Assembly (NCBI GenBank): GCA_050633305.1
Contig: JBOEGF010000018.1
Span: 608,001 to 672,000 of the forward strand
Direction of reading: 5' to 3'
Source of the DNA: Nannocystales bacterium
Lineage (GTDB): Bacteria > Myxococcota_A > Polyangia > Nannocystales > Nannocystaceae
Length of the DNA: 64,000 nucleotides
Part shown: piece by piece, positions 9,191 to 19,211 of the stretch
How the letters are laid out: the number at the start of each line of letters is the position of its first letter
How positions within the stretch are numbered: position 1 is the stretch's first letter
Program-made: the position numbers and the translations under genes
The notes under the pieces: generated by a model
What the model was told of the DNA's origin: nothing
Seen by the model: the letters and a program-made list of their open reading frames with translations, nothing else
The model's database searches: none

Positions 9191-10021
9191 ATGCGTGCGC
9201 CGTCGTGTCTGCTTGTGTTGCCCCTGGTCTCCGGCTGTGCCCCCGCTCCCGCGACGGGGGAGGCGGCACCCGAGGACGCCAGTGCTGTGCGTCCAGGCCC
9301 CGTCGCGGCGCCCCAACCCGAGCCGCTGCGTGTCCTCGTGACGGGGTTCAATGACTGGAAGGACCTCGGTGACCCGCCCAACCTGTGGCGATGCCGCGAC
9401 AACCCGAGTTGCCGTTTGTTGGTGGGGGACCCTCTCGTGGATGCTCCCGCGAAGTTCGAAGGCCCGCTTGTTCCCGCGTTGCATGCTGCGGCGGGAGACC
9501 GGGCGATCGTGTGGTCGTTCGCGACCCTTCCAGTGACGTGGGGCGTGAGCACCGAGCGAACCCCCTACACAGAGCACGATGTCGTTGTCCATGTGGGCCT
9601 GGGGGTCTACGACCGCGACGATGAGGTCTTTGTCGAGGCAGGTGCCTACAACCTCCGCAGGGGAACCGATGCTGCGGGGAAGCGAGCCGAAGAGGCGATC
9701 TTCGAATCGCAGCCTCAGGTGATGGAGGCTCCGCCCAAGGTCGCCGCAGCGGTACAGGCTGTTGACGGTCTGGTCTTCGGCACGATGACGGCGCGAACGA
9801 TGCCCGCTCGGCCGCAGAACACCTACCTGTGCAACGAGACGCACTCGCTCGCCCTCGATGCCGTTCGCCGCAGCCAAGCGGAGGGCGGCCCCCTCGAGGC
9901 GGCCTTCTTTGTGCACATTCCCCAGCCCGCGGGCGAGGACTGGCCCGCGCTCGCGGAGTCGGTCGCGGGGGTTGTGCTCGCCCTCGTCGGTGATGGCGCG
10001 GGAGACTCTTCGGCGGATTGA
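9191..10021 (+). CDS. Pyroglutamyl-peptidase I (peptidase C15) family lipoprotein
   Basis: VLVTGF, VEAGAYN (Glu), YLCN (Cys), FVHIP (His); LVSG-C lipobox. Confidence 0.8.
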   Translation: MRAPSCLLVLPLVSGCAPAPATGEAAPEDASAVRPGPVAAPQPEPLRVLVTGFNDWKDLGDPPNLWRCRDNPSCRLLVGDPLVDAPAKFEGPLVPALHAAAGDRAIVWSFATLPVTWGVSTERTPYTEHDVVVHVGLGVYDRDDEVFVEAGAYNLRRGTDAAGKRAEEAIFESQPQVMEAPPKVAAAVQAVDGLVFGTMTARTMPARPQNTYLCNETHSLALDAVRRSQAEGGPLEAAFFVHIPQPAGEDWPALAESVAGVVLALVGDGAGDSSAD

Positions 10022-10032
10022 GGCGGGCCCCC

Positions 10033-10353
10033 TCAGTCGAGGTCCAGCCGCGCGTAGGAGGGAAACTCCATGTGCTCACAGATCGCACCCATGGGCTCCC
10101 AGACCGCCATGACCTCCGGCGTCTTGTGGGCGAGTTGGGGGCCGCTGGCATCCTTCCACGAGAACATCTCGACGTAGCAGCGCTCGGCACCGTGGTGCGG
10201 GTCCGGCAGGCCCTTGTAGACCACGGCGGGGGTGTCACTCACCAGGCCGGCGGCGTGAAGTGCTGGCCAGTGTTTTGCCAGCAGCTCCTCCATTTCGGCT
10301 TCTTTTCCAGGTTTGACGCGGTACTGACAGATATTGAGGACTGGGGATGGCAT
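10033..10353 (-). CDS. Small dimeric alpha-beta barrel (ABM-like) protein
   Basis: YRVKPGKEAE and YVEMFSWKD patterns; 106 aa; downstream of the SDR on the same strand. Confidence 0.65.
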   Translation of the reverse strand: MPSPVLNICQYRVKPGKEAEMEELLAKHWPALHAAGLVSDTPAVVYKGLPDPHHGAERCYVEMFSWKDASGPQLAHKTPEVMAVWEPMGAICEHMEFPSYARLDLD

Positions 10354-10388
10354 GGTCTCTTCCGGGAGCAGGGTTGGGCGTGTCGTCG

Positions 10389-11150
10389 TCAGGCAAGGAC
10401 GCCGCCATCGATGATCAGCGTCTGCCCAGTCATGAACGCGGCCTCCTCGCTGGCGAGGTAGGCGGCGGCGAATCCGATGTCGCCGGGTTGACCCAACCGT
10501 TGGAGCGGTTGGTCTCCGACGAGCTTGTCTCGGCGCGCTTCGTCGTCCCAGAAGTAGCGGCTGAAGTCGGTCTTGATGAGTCCCGGGGCGATGCCATTGA
10601 CCCGCACGTTCCAGCGTCCGAACTCTCTGGCCCAGGTGCGGGTCAGCATGTTGAGCCCCGCCTTGGTGAAGCTGTACAGCAGCCCTCCGGGCTGCGGCTG
10701 AAAGCCCGAGATCGAGGAGATGTTGATGATGCTGCCGCCGCCGCGCTCCCGCATCGAAGGGACGACTCGATGCACGAGGTTCATCGCCGCCTTCACGTTG
10801 ACGTTCATCATCTTGTCGAGCATGGCGGGTGTGGTGTCCAGAGAGCCGCCTTGTCCGAGGTTGGTCGCGCTGTTGTTGACGACGATGTCGACGGGCCCCA
10901 CATCGGACTCGGTTTGGGCGACGAGCGCTTCGATCTGCTCCGCTTCACCCACGTGGCATTGCACCGGAACGATGCGGGGTCCGAGGTCCGCCAGTTCGGC
11001 GGCGGTCGCCTCGAGGTTCTCGAGCTTGCGCGACGCAATCACGACGTTCGCCCCCGCCTCAGCAAGGCGTGCCGTGATCGCTTTTCCGATGCCGCGGCCG
11101 CCTCCGGTGACGATCGCGGTCTTGCCTTCGAGCGAGAGGGTGATGGGCAT
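10389..11150 (-). CDS. Classical short-chain dehydrogenase/reductase (FabG/DHRS4-like)
   Basis: [36 protein letters not shown] 11150. Confidence 0.92.
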   Translation of the reverse strand: MPITLSLEGKTAIVTGGGRGIGKAITARLAEAGANVVIASRKLENLEATAAELADLGPRIVPVQCHVGEAEQIEALVAQTESDVGPVDIVVNNSATNLGQGGSLDTTPAMLDKMMNVNVKAAMNLVHRVVPSMRERGGGSIINISSISGFQPQPGGLLYSFTKAGLNMLTRTWAREFGRWNVRVNGIAPGLIKTDFSRYFWDDEARRDKLVGDQPLQRLGQPGDIGFAAAYLASEEAAFMTGQTLIIDGGVLA

Positions 11151-11268
11151 GCGCCGGAGGATAACCGCTGCATGGCGCCTGATCCTGCCCGCGGACTTGG
11201 TCCACCGGTCCTTTTCCACGAATCGGGGCGGGGCGGGGTCGTGGACGGAGCCGGTCGCGAGGCCCGTT

Positions 11269-12177
11269 TTAGAAGTGCAGTGTGGCTTCGTAGCCGGCGT
11301 AGTCCGGGGAGAGCCGGGGGCCATGACGGAGCCGCGGGTCGGCGGCACGCTGCCGTTGGAGCCCGTAGACGATCATGACCGCGGCACCGCCGAGCATCAG
11401 TGGACTGAGCACGCCTCCTGCGATGGCGACACGGTTGGAGGTCCGGCCGGCACGACGTGCCTCTGCGGCGTCGGCCAGATACAACGTCCGTTGCGGTTCC
11501 GACGTCGTGTTGGCGGCGTTGAGCGTCGAGACGGTGTAGATGTTTTCGGCGTTGCGGCCTAATGCCGCCCCCAACGGGATCATTGTGAGCCCGACGGCGA
11601 GGCCCAGAACGCCCAAGCCAATCCCGCCGACCAGCAGCCCGCTGCCGTTGTGGGTCGACACCGGTTGGGTGTGGACTCTTGGGGAGGGGGGGAGGGCGGT
11701 GGCGTCGTAGGAGAGTGAAGCGGGGGCAGGGGTGCTCTCGGGTTGGGCGCCATCCATCGCAACGGCCAATGTGGACGCCCGTTCTTGGACCGGCGCGGTG
11801 ACGGCTTTGGACTCGCCATAGGCTGCCGCGTGGGCCCGTAGATACCGGCGGAGGGCGATCTGGGCCTCGACCAGGTGCAGGGGTTCTTTCTCGCCCTCGG
11901 CGTTGATCTGCCGCCCGTAGGCCTCGATGCGGGCGTCGATGGCATTGCAGATCATGGCTTCGCGACCCGTCGCGGTGGCTTCGGACTCTGGAGTTTGGGC
12001 GAGCAGGGACTCCCAGATCTCTGCCGCGCCAACGTGGTCGCCGTTCTCGAGCAGTTCTTGAGCCTGGGAATAGCGCTCCGCAGCTGGGAGCTGGGTGGGG
12101 GGAGCGGCCTGGGCTGACTGCGCGAGGAGAGTGGAAACCAGGGCACACGCCAGCACCCGCAAACGAGATGTGCTCAT
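11269..12177 (-). CDS. Myxobacterial exported TPR-like protein with Gly-rich hydrophobic C-terminus
   Basis: Signal peptide ending AQA, helical TPR-like segment, Pro-rich linker, Gly-rich hydrophobic segments, terminal YEATLHF. Confidence 0.65.
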   Translation of the reverse strand: MSTSRLRVLACALVSTLLAQSAQAAPPTQLPAAERYSQAQELLENGDHVGAAEIWESLLAQTPESEATATGREAMICNAIDARIEAYGRQINAEGEKEPLHLVEAQIALRRYLRAHAAAYGESKAVTAPVQERASTLAVAMDGAQPESTPAPASLSYDATALPPSPRVHTQPVSTHNGSGLLVGGIGLGVLGLAVGLTMIPLGAALGRNAENIYTVSTLNAANTTSEPQRTLYLADAAEARRAGRTSNRVAIAGGVLSPLMLGGAAVMIVYGLQRQRAADPRLRHGPRLSPDYAGYEATLHF

Positions 12178-12593
12178 GAGGCCAGCGTGCTGCGCCCGTC
12201 ACCCGGCGTCAAAAAGGATCGCTGTACAGGGACAGGGTATTGCGGCGGTGCATCGCCAGCCTCGACCTCGACGCGGAGCTCCGGTTCGGCCGGCGCGGGC
12301 CCTCGTGGTCCTCGATTTGCACCTCGACACGACTCGGGAGCAGCAGGCCTGAGCGGCGGACTCGGCCAGGGGAAGGGCTCGTGCCTGTTCTGCGCTTCCC
12401 CGTCGACCACCGAACCTAGGGCTCGGTGCGAGAGCATGCCGCCCGTGGTTCGGTATACGGCCGCGTCGAGTGAGTTGACGTCTGTGTCCGTAGGAGACAG
12501 GTCATCGAAGTGCTCGAGGATCGAGGCCTCGATGGCGCCCGGGTCCGGCGACCCCACAGACTCGAGGGCCACACCAAGCCGAGCCGCGTCCAC
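12174..12593 (-). pseudogene. Decayed 3' fragment of a paralog of the anti-sigma-like gene at 37878-38588
   Basis: VGSPDPGAIEASILEHFDDLSPTDTDV...GGMLSHRALG matches VGSSNPDAIEVSLLEHFDALAPTDIDV...GGMLSHRALG; downstream homology continues through three single-base deletions. Confidence 0.8.
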
Positions 12594-12609
12594 AGGGGAG
12601 CCCCGGCTG

Positions 12610-12641
12610 CGGAGCCCAAGTCGTTCGCGACTTGGGCTCCG
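12610..12641. repeat. Perfect 14-bp inverted repeat with 4-nt loop
   Basis: CGGAGCCCAAGTCG-TTCG-CGACTTGGGCTCCG read directly from the sequence. Confidence 0.9.
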
Positions 12642-13085
12642 TCGTTAGGAACCGGCGCGGATGGGGCGGGCGTTCGCTCCCTACTCGTTGCCCGCGCCGT
12701 CCGACGCGTCCAACCCGAGCGGTCTTGCATGGCGCGCAGCTTGTGCGGCCCCGAGTCCGCTGACCGAGGGTACGCCCCGCTGGAGAGGACCCGTGACCAT
12801 CGACGGAACCATGGACGGGGACCTCTGTCTTCGCAGCAGCCAACGCAGCTTCGGCGTCGTGGGCCGGGTCTACACCACGTCGTCCAGACCTGCACCCAGC
12901 CCGGGGAACTGGTCGAACTCGTCGTCGAGGCCCGGCCTGGTCGACATCGCGCAGGCCTTCATCGACCCACTGCGCAGCGTGTGAGCCGTGGCGAGACGCT
13001 CGGCGCTGTTGGAGCGACGCAATCGTCAGGCGAGCCGAATCTCGACTGACAGTTTTGGGGCCGGCCGGTGTTGTTGGCAGTCACC

Positions 13086-14606
13086 ATGACTTTGACTCGT
13101 ACGACTTGTCTGTCCTTGCTTATTTGTCTCGCTGTGGGCTGTGGAGACGACTCGAATCCCGCCGCGGAAAGCTCCGGCTCGACCTCGAGCGGTGACGGCT
13201 CAACGGGAGCCCCGCCCTCCTCGGACACGAGCGGGAACGAGACGGGCGATAGCAGCGCAGCCGACACCGAGAGCACCACTGCGGGGAGTGAGTCCTCCAC
13301 AGGGCACGATGGCGGGGTCTTGGATGGCATATGGCGCACAGAAGGCTACGGCTGGATCTATGCGGTCGAAGGGGACGACATCGTGGTCTACGAGGTCACC
13401 TCCGACAGCTGCATGCAAGTCGTGGTGGGTACGGTGGTCGAACCCAACACGGCAGACGCGGCCCGTGTGGACCTGGAGGTTCCGGGCCTCTTCACGTTGG
13501 GCATGTCGGTGATTGAGGGCGATGCCGGGGCGCTGCACTTCTTGGCGGATGGACTGATCGTTGCACCCCCCGCCCACACGGTGGATGCCCTCCCGGATGC
13601 CTGTGCTGAAGCGCCCGATGGCAGCGATGTTGCGGTGTTCGACACGCTGACCGCGTGGTTTGACGAGCACTACGCGCTGTTCGGCGATCGTGATGCCGAC
13701 TGGCCAGGACTGGTTGCTCAGCATCGCGCGGACCTCACCGGTGAGGACCCGCCGCCGCTGTTCGAGGTGTTCTCCTCGCTCCTCGGGCCGCTCGAGGACG
13801 CGCACATCTCGCTTCAAGGGCCCGAAGGCGTGTTCGAGGGGCGCCGCATCGAGGCTGAGCCCGTGACTGAGGCGATGGTCGAAGAGGCCCAGGCCTTGAT
13901 CTCGGAGGGCTACCTCGTGACCGAGCGGCAGAGCTGGGTGGACGGGCAGATCGAGTTTGCACGCTTGCCTGGCGACGTTGGGTACCTCGCGGCGCATGGC
14001 TTTGGTCCGCTGGTGGGTGAGGACGGTCGCTTGGACTACCTCGCGGCAGTGGCCGAGTTCGAAGGTGCACTCGACGAGGTGTTCTCCGGCGAAGCGATGG
14101 CAGGGCTCGTGATCGACCTGCGAACGAACGGCGGTGGCTCGGATCTGTACGGGTTGGCGTTGGCATCACGGCTGACGACCGAGAGCTACACCGCGTACTC
14201 GGTACGGGCTCGCATCGATACCGACGACGACTCGGTGTTCAGCGAGTTGGAGGCCGTGATGGTGGAGCCGAGCGCAAACCCGGGTTTCGATGGTCCGGTC
14301 GCCGTCCTGGTCGGGCGGGACACGGTGAGTGCCGCCGAGACGGCTGCACTCGCGCTGCGGGGGCGGCCCGAGATCACGGTGTTCGGGGAACGGACCCAGG
14401 GTGCGTTCTCGTCGGTGCTCAACCACTTCCTGCCAAATGGGTGGCTGATGGGGCTCCCCAACGAGCACTATCTGACCGAGGCGGGGGAGCGCTTCGACGT
14501 GGTTGGCATTCCGCCAGATGTGGAGACGCCCGTGTTCACGACCGACGACCTCTCGGCGGCCCGGGACAGTGCGCTCGACGCTGCGCTCGCGTCGTTCGAG
14601 CTCTGA
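13086..14606 (+). CDS. S41 family peptidase lipoprotein
   Basis: LAVG-C lipobox, Ser/Thr linker, LEDAHI, IDLRTNGGG, TVSAAE, GERTQG, GIPPD. Confidence 0.9.
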   Translation: MTLTRTTCLSLLICLAVGCGDDSNPAAESSGSTSSGDGSTGAPPSSDTSGNETGDSSAADTESTTAGSESSTGHDGGVLDGIWRTEGYGWIYAVEGDDIVVYEVTSDSCMQVVVGTVVEPNTADAARVDLEVPGLFTLGMSVIEGDAGALHFLADGLIVAPPAHTVDALPDACAEAPDGSDVAVFDTLTAWFDEHYALFGDRDADWPGLVAQHRADLTGEDPPPLFEVFSSLLGPLEDAHISLQGPEGVFEGRRIEAEPVTEAMVEEAQALISEGYLVTERQSWVDGQIEFARLPGDVGYLAAHGFGPLVGEDGRLDYLAAVAEFEGALDEVFSGEAMAGLVIDLRTNGGGSDLYGLALASRLTTESYTAYSVRARIDTDDDSVFSELEAVMVEPSANPGFDGPVAVLVGRDTVSAAETAALALRGRPEITVFGERTQGAFSSVLNHFLPNGWLMGLPNEHYLTEAGERFDVVGIPPDVETPVFTTDDLSAARDSALDAALASFEL

Positions 14607-14833
14607 TCTTCGGGGACAGTGCGGACAGGTGCCGCTGGGTCGCGTGCCCTCCTGCCCCCGCGGGAGGTTCAGGAGCCTACGCCCCCGCGAGTGAGGTCGA
14701 GGCTGAGGTGATGATCTCTGCCTCTCGCGAGGTCCGTCTTCGTGAGGTCAACGGAGCTGCGCCCTCCGAACTCGTCGTCTGGGGCAGTGAGCGCCGCCGG
14801 AGCTAGGAATGCCCGTGCTACCGTCCAATCACG

Positions 14834-15385
14834 ATGGCACCTCGGCGGCGGCTGACTCTCCTCTTCCTTTTTTGCAGCCTGGGATGCGACGATCTCGGGC
14901 GTAGCGAAGAGACCCTCGACGCACTTCGCATCGCGAGGGACGTTGCCAAGGATGACGACGCCGCGCTGCTCGAGATCGTGACCGCGTGCGCGGGGGGCTT
15001 TGCCAAGGCGACGGTGGGCGATGATGGTCGGTCCGTCTCGGTGGCGACCTCGGTCACGGGGTGGGGCCAAGGTGGATCGGCGGACTCGTTTCTTGCCGCT
15101 ACCCGTCGCGAGCTGGGCAAGCGGGCGCTGTGCATTCACGTCGCAGGCCGCGAGCGCAATCTGCAAACGGTCCGCTTCAAGCATACGCTGGCGGAGTCGA
15201 ACACGGTGCTCTACGAGCTCACCAGCTCCGTTGCTGCGCTCGACCGGGACGTGAAGGATTGGAGCAAGGCACAGTTCGGGGGGGGTCCCGACAAAAAGCA
15301 CGCGCTGCACGACGCGGTGTTTGAGTCCTTCGAAGTGCATTCGAAGAACGAGGCTCTCCAGGCGTTCGAAGTCCAGGCGCCGTAG
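14834..15385 (+). CDS. Hypothetical lipoprotein
   Basis: MAPRRRLTLLFLFCSLG-C signal; 183 aa; no family recognised. Confidence 0.6.
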   Translation: MAPRRRLTLLFLFCSLGCDDLGRSEETLDALRIARDVAKDDDAALLEIVTACAGGFAKATVGDDGRSVSVATSVTGWGQGGSADSFLAATRRELGKRALCIHVAGRERNLQTVRFKHTLAESNTVLYELTSSVAALDRDVKDWSKAQFGGGPDKKHALHDAVFESFEVHSKNEALQAFEVQAP

Positions 15386-15698
15386 AGGAAAAATCATCGT
15401 GCTACGAGCCGAGGGACACGGGGGCCCGGCCGCGGACGATCACGGTCATGCCGCCCGCGAACCCCGGAAGGCCGACTCCGATGGGTGCCCGTCCTGCGGC
15501 TCCGGCTCGTCGCGTGGTGTTTCGAATCGCCAGCAGCCGTCGGGGACGAGCGGGGGAGGTTGTCGTGTAGGTGGAGTCCCGCTCCGTTTGGTGCCTCGGG
15601 GAGGGTCGGGAGTCGTCGTCGTCCAGCGGTGGTGAGTTTTTCCCGTTCTGGGTGAACCACCGACGCTCCTCGCAGTCAGCGGGTAGGCAGGAAACTCT

Positions 15699-16983
15699 AT
15701 GACCGCACGTTCGATGCTTCTGATGGGAGTGCTTCTTTGTGGCTCCAGCTGCTACTCGGGGGCGAATGGCGTCGCTGCAACCGATGGAGGCGAGACCGGC
15801 CAGGGTGATGGGAGCGGAGGCAGTGGGGGGTCCGATGGCGGGAGCGACTCCGACGATACGGACGACCCCACGACCTTGGACGAGGAGCCCACTCCCGACG
15901 CGGGTTGGCGACGTCTGTCAAGGATTGATTGGATGCTGGGTAGATCCCCGGCACAACCTCGCGCGGCAGCAGGTCGAGCGCCCCCGCAACGCTTGTGAAC
16001 ACCGCGTCGGCAACAACCAGGAGAACGCGCTGGCGTTGTTCGAGCAGCTGTTCGTGCCAGGCGACTCCCCTTCGAAGCCAACCGGGCCGAGTGAGCTCGA
16101 ACTGAGGCGAAAGCTGGTCGTCGACCGGGTGTTCGCTCATTGGACCGAACTCCGACACGGTGCCTATGGCGACGCGGCGCGGTTGGGTTCGGACGACCGT
16201 GCCCGACTCGACGACGTCATGGATCGCCTTCGCGACCTGCAGAATAGACTCGACCCCAATGGCCAAGGCGAACCGGTGCCGTCCTGCCATGAGCTGGAAG
16301 CACCGGAAGGGGAGCCCAATGGGATCTTCCAGTGGGAGGGAGGCTCTGCCGAGGAGCTGCAGCAGGTGATTCGCGCCTACCAGACCCTGAACGAGGTGAT
16401 CGCAGTCGGGTTGCTGTGCGGAACGAACCGTGTCGCCTCGTTGAGCGTCAGCAACCGTCTGCACACGCTGGCGGGAGACTGGCATGACATCGTGATGCAC
16501 AACGTCTTCAACGAGCAGCCGCATCAGTGGATGCTGGAGTCGCAGCAGACGTTCTTCCGCGATGTGTTCCTCGATCTGTGTCGCCGCCTCGAGGTCGACG
16601 AGGGGGACGGCACGGTCCTCGACAACACTCTCGTCGTGGGGCACTTCCGCCATGGCGCAGAAGTGCACTGGTGCGACTCAGCCCCCATCGTGACGGCGGG
16701 ATCGGCAGGAGGCCGGATCTCGACCGGTTCCTTCATCGACTACCGAAACCACCAGAACACGAGCTTGCAAGGGTCCTCCGGCGAAAATGCACACGTGTAC
16801 CGTCGGCCGGGATTGCTGCTGAACCAGTGGTTCGGGACCGTGCTTCAAGCCTTCGGTGTGCCCGAAGAGCAATACATCCAAGACGGCGGGTTCTACGGCG
16901 TGACCTACGTACAGAGCAGTGAAGCACACTCCGCGTCGGTGCTCGCACAAGCGAGCGAGCCCCTGCCGTACCTCCTGGGCTGA
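15699..16983 (+). pseudogene. Chimeric relic: N-terminus of a DUF1592-family lipoprotein joined to the C-terminal part of a DUF1552 gene
   Basis: Signal and CYSG lipobox, Gly linker and WRRLSR (to 15923), then DUF1552-like sequence in another frame (ALFEQLF, RLGSDDRARLD, TVLDNTLV, GSAGGRISTG); the DUF1552 N-terminus and the DUF1592 body are absent. Confidence 0.75.
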
Positions 16984-17214
16984 CGGCGACCGACCTCGAC
17001 TTCACACGAGCGTTGCTCCGAGCCTCGTCCCAAGCGAAGGCCCAGGCTCTCACGGGATGGCGGGAGACGAGGGAAGGGGAACGTGGGCGCGGGCCACCGG
17101 AGCCAAGGGGGCGCTGGGGACGGAACCGGGTGCACCGAGGGGTGGAGGGCGTCGACGGGACGCCCGAGGAGTGGGCCGCCCGCCTCCGCGAACATTTGCT
17201 CGACGAGGGGTCGC

Positions 17215-18342
17215 TCAAGCCGCCGTCTTCAACAGTTCGACGAGGCGTGGGCCGATCGCGTCCAAGCCGAGCACCTCGTCGGCGGCTCCCCGGTCGATCG
17301 CAGCTTTCGGCATCGACCAGACGACCGAGCTCTCCTCGTCCTGTGCCAGCGTTCGGGCGCCGGCCTCGTGCAGCGCGTGCAGGCCTGCGGCGCCGTCACG
17401 GCCCATTCCCGTGAGCAGGGCCGCGATCACGCGTGTTGGGCCCGCGGAGAGAAGAGACCGGAACATCACGTCCACCGACGGTCGATGGCGGTTCACAGGA
17501 GGTGCATCGCTGAGCTTGCTCGCCAGTCCCCCTGGTGCTCGACCGACCATGAGGTGTCGATCACCGGGCGCGATGTACACCGTTCCCGACCGCAGCAGCT
17601 CGCCGTCCTTCGCCTCCTGCACATGCATTGCGCAACACAGGTCGAGGCGCCGAGCGAGCGGAGCGCTGAACGCCTTGGGAATGTGCTGGGTTACCAGGAC
17701 CGCAGGAAACGACTCGGGAAGACGAGACAGGATCGCCTCCAGAGCGACCGTGCCTCCCGTCGACGCTCCGATCGCACACAGCGGCGCGTGGGGGGTGACA
17801 CGGTCTCCCTGACCCCGTGAAGCCGAACCCGCTCCCACACCCAGGCTCGAACCGCCCGACGCGAGCCGAATGGGCCGCGGTGGCGGACGCCGTCGCCGAA
17901 ATGTCGTGGCCGCACGTCTGATGACCGTGTGCAACCGCTTCAGATACGCGTCCAGCGACTCACCGCTCGACACGTCGTGTTTTCCGATGCAACCGACCGC
18001 GCCGGCCTTCATCGCCTCCGCACACTCTCGGCCGCCACCCTCGTCGTGTCCCGAGACGACGACTACGGGCACCGGGAACGACGCCATGAGCTCTTTGATG
18101 GCTGCAACCCCGCCGACCTGCCGCATCTGCAGGTCCATGGTGATCACGCTCGGTAGAAGCTTTCGCGCCTTGTCGAGCACGAACCGCCCGTCCGAAACCA
18201 CGCCGACGACCTCGAACCCCGGGTCGTCGCTCAGGTAGCGGGTCATGCACTCTCGGATCAACGCCGAGTCGTCGACGATGAGAACTCGGACCGGATGTTC
18301 TCCCGTCGGTGGCTTCGGCTTCGGCTTTGTCCGCACTGTCAC
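17215..18342 (-). CDS. cheB: Chemotaxis response regulator protein-glutamate methylesterase
   Basis: REC domain (IVDDS, MDLQM); esterase motifs GASTGG, QHIP, RPSVD, LTGMGRDG; GTGA overlap with cheR stop. Confidence 0.95.
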   Translation of the reverse strand: MTVRTKPKPKPPTGEHPVRVLIVDDSALIRECMTRYLSDDPGFEVVGVVSDGRFVLDKARKLLPSVITMDLQMRQVGGVAAIKELMASFPVPVVVVSGHDEGGGRECAEAMKAGAVGCIGKHDVSSGESLDAYLKRLHTVIRRAATTFRRRRPPPRPIRLASGGSSLGVGAGSASRGQGDRVTPHAPLCAIGASTGGTVALEAILSRLPESFPAVLVTQHIPKAFSAPLARRLDLCCAMHVQEAKDGELLRSGTVYIAPGDRHLMVGRAPGGLASKLSDAPPVNRHRPSVDVMFRSLLSAGPTRVIAALLTGMGRDGAAGLHALHEAGARTLAQDEESSVVWSMPKAAIDRGAADEVLGLDAIGPRLVELLKTAA

Positions 18343-19211
18343 CCCGCCTGCCTCGAGGAGCACTCCGACGCCCGCTTGCGATAGATCGTGGGACCAACAC
18401 GCTCGACCAGGTTCTGGTCCAGACACCCGCCCTCGGAGTGGCCGAGAAACAGGTAGCCTTCGGGTCGCACCGCTTCGAGCAACTTTGCGCAGATTGCCTC
18501 CACGTCTGCGTTCTTGAAGTAGATCAACACGTTTCGACAGAACGCCACGTCGTATTGCCCAGGTCGCGTCGACGCACTCAACATGTTCTCCCGGTTGAAC
18601 CGCACGACGGACCTGACCTCGGGTTTCACTCTCACGAGACCCGCGTTGGCACCGGTCCCTTGCTGAAAGAACCGACGCATGTGGGCCGGTACACTCCGTC
18701 CACAGTCGACCTTGTAGATGCCTCGGGCCGCCCGGTCGATGACCTTCTGGTCGACGTCTGTCCCCACGACCTCGTGACTCCAGCCATCCGAGGCTGGCAG
18801 CGACGAAAGCAATGTCATGGCAATGCTGTACGTTTCTTCGCCGCTGGAACAACCCGCGGACCAGACCCGAAGGCGCTTGGAGTCTCGCGACTGCCATTGG
18901 CGCGCAAGGTTCTTTTCGAGATATCCGAAGTGGTGCACTTCGCGAAAGAAGCTCGTCACGTGCGTCGTGATCGCGCTGATGAACTCAGTACGAATTCGCT
19001 CGTCTCCAGCATCGACCCGGCCGATGTAGTCGGCAATGCTGCTCAGCCCGTGGCCCCGGACCAGCCGCGTGAGGCGGCTAAAGACCAGCTGTTTCTTCCG
19101 GTCGATGATGTCGACCCCAGTCAGGCGGTACGCGAGAGCCTGTACCAACCGGAAGTCCGAGTCCGTATACCGAAGGCTCGTGCCATCGAGGAGCACCAAG
19201 GACTTGGTCAC
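18339..19211 (-). CDS. cheR: Chemotaxis protein-glutamate O-methyltransferase
   Basis: TTHVTSFFRE, RVWSAGCSSGEETYS, FCRNVLIYF, LGHSE; GTGA overlap with cheW stop. Confidence 0.95.
   Translation of the reverse strand: MTKSLVLLDGTSLRYTDSDFRLVQALAYRLTGVDIIDRKKQLVFSRLTRLVRGHGLSSIADYIGRVDAGDERIRTEFISAITTHVTSFFREVHHFGYLEKNLARQWQSRDSKRLRVWSAGCSSGEETYSIAMTLLSSLPASDGWSHEVVGTDVDQKVIDRAARGIYKVDCGRSVPAHMRRFFQQGTGANAGLVRVKPEVRSVVRFNRENMLSASTRPGQYDVAFCRNVLIYFKNADVEAICAKLLEAVRPEGYLFLGHSEGGCLDQNLVERVGPTIYRKRASECSSRQAG

Noticed and set aside
12661..12984. 107-aa plus-strand ORF, or a remnant of the missing sigma/anti-sigma 5' part on the minus strand
   Set aside because: No recognisable motif, and resemblance to the 37878-38588 N-terminus is too weak to support.
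17120..17214. PAS-like phrase EQMFAEAGGPLLGRPVDALHP on the minus strand after cheB
   Set aside because: Only about 20 residues and followed by Pro-rich sequence; not enough to call a gene or a cheY substitute.
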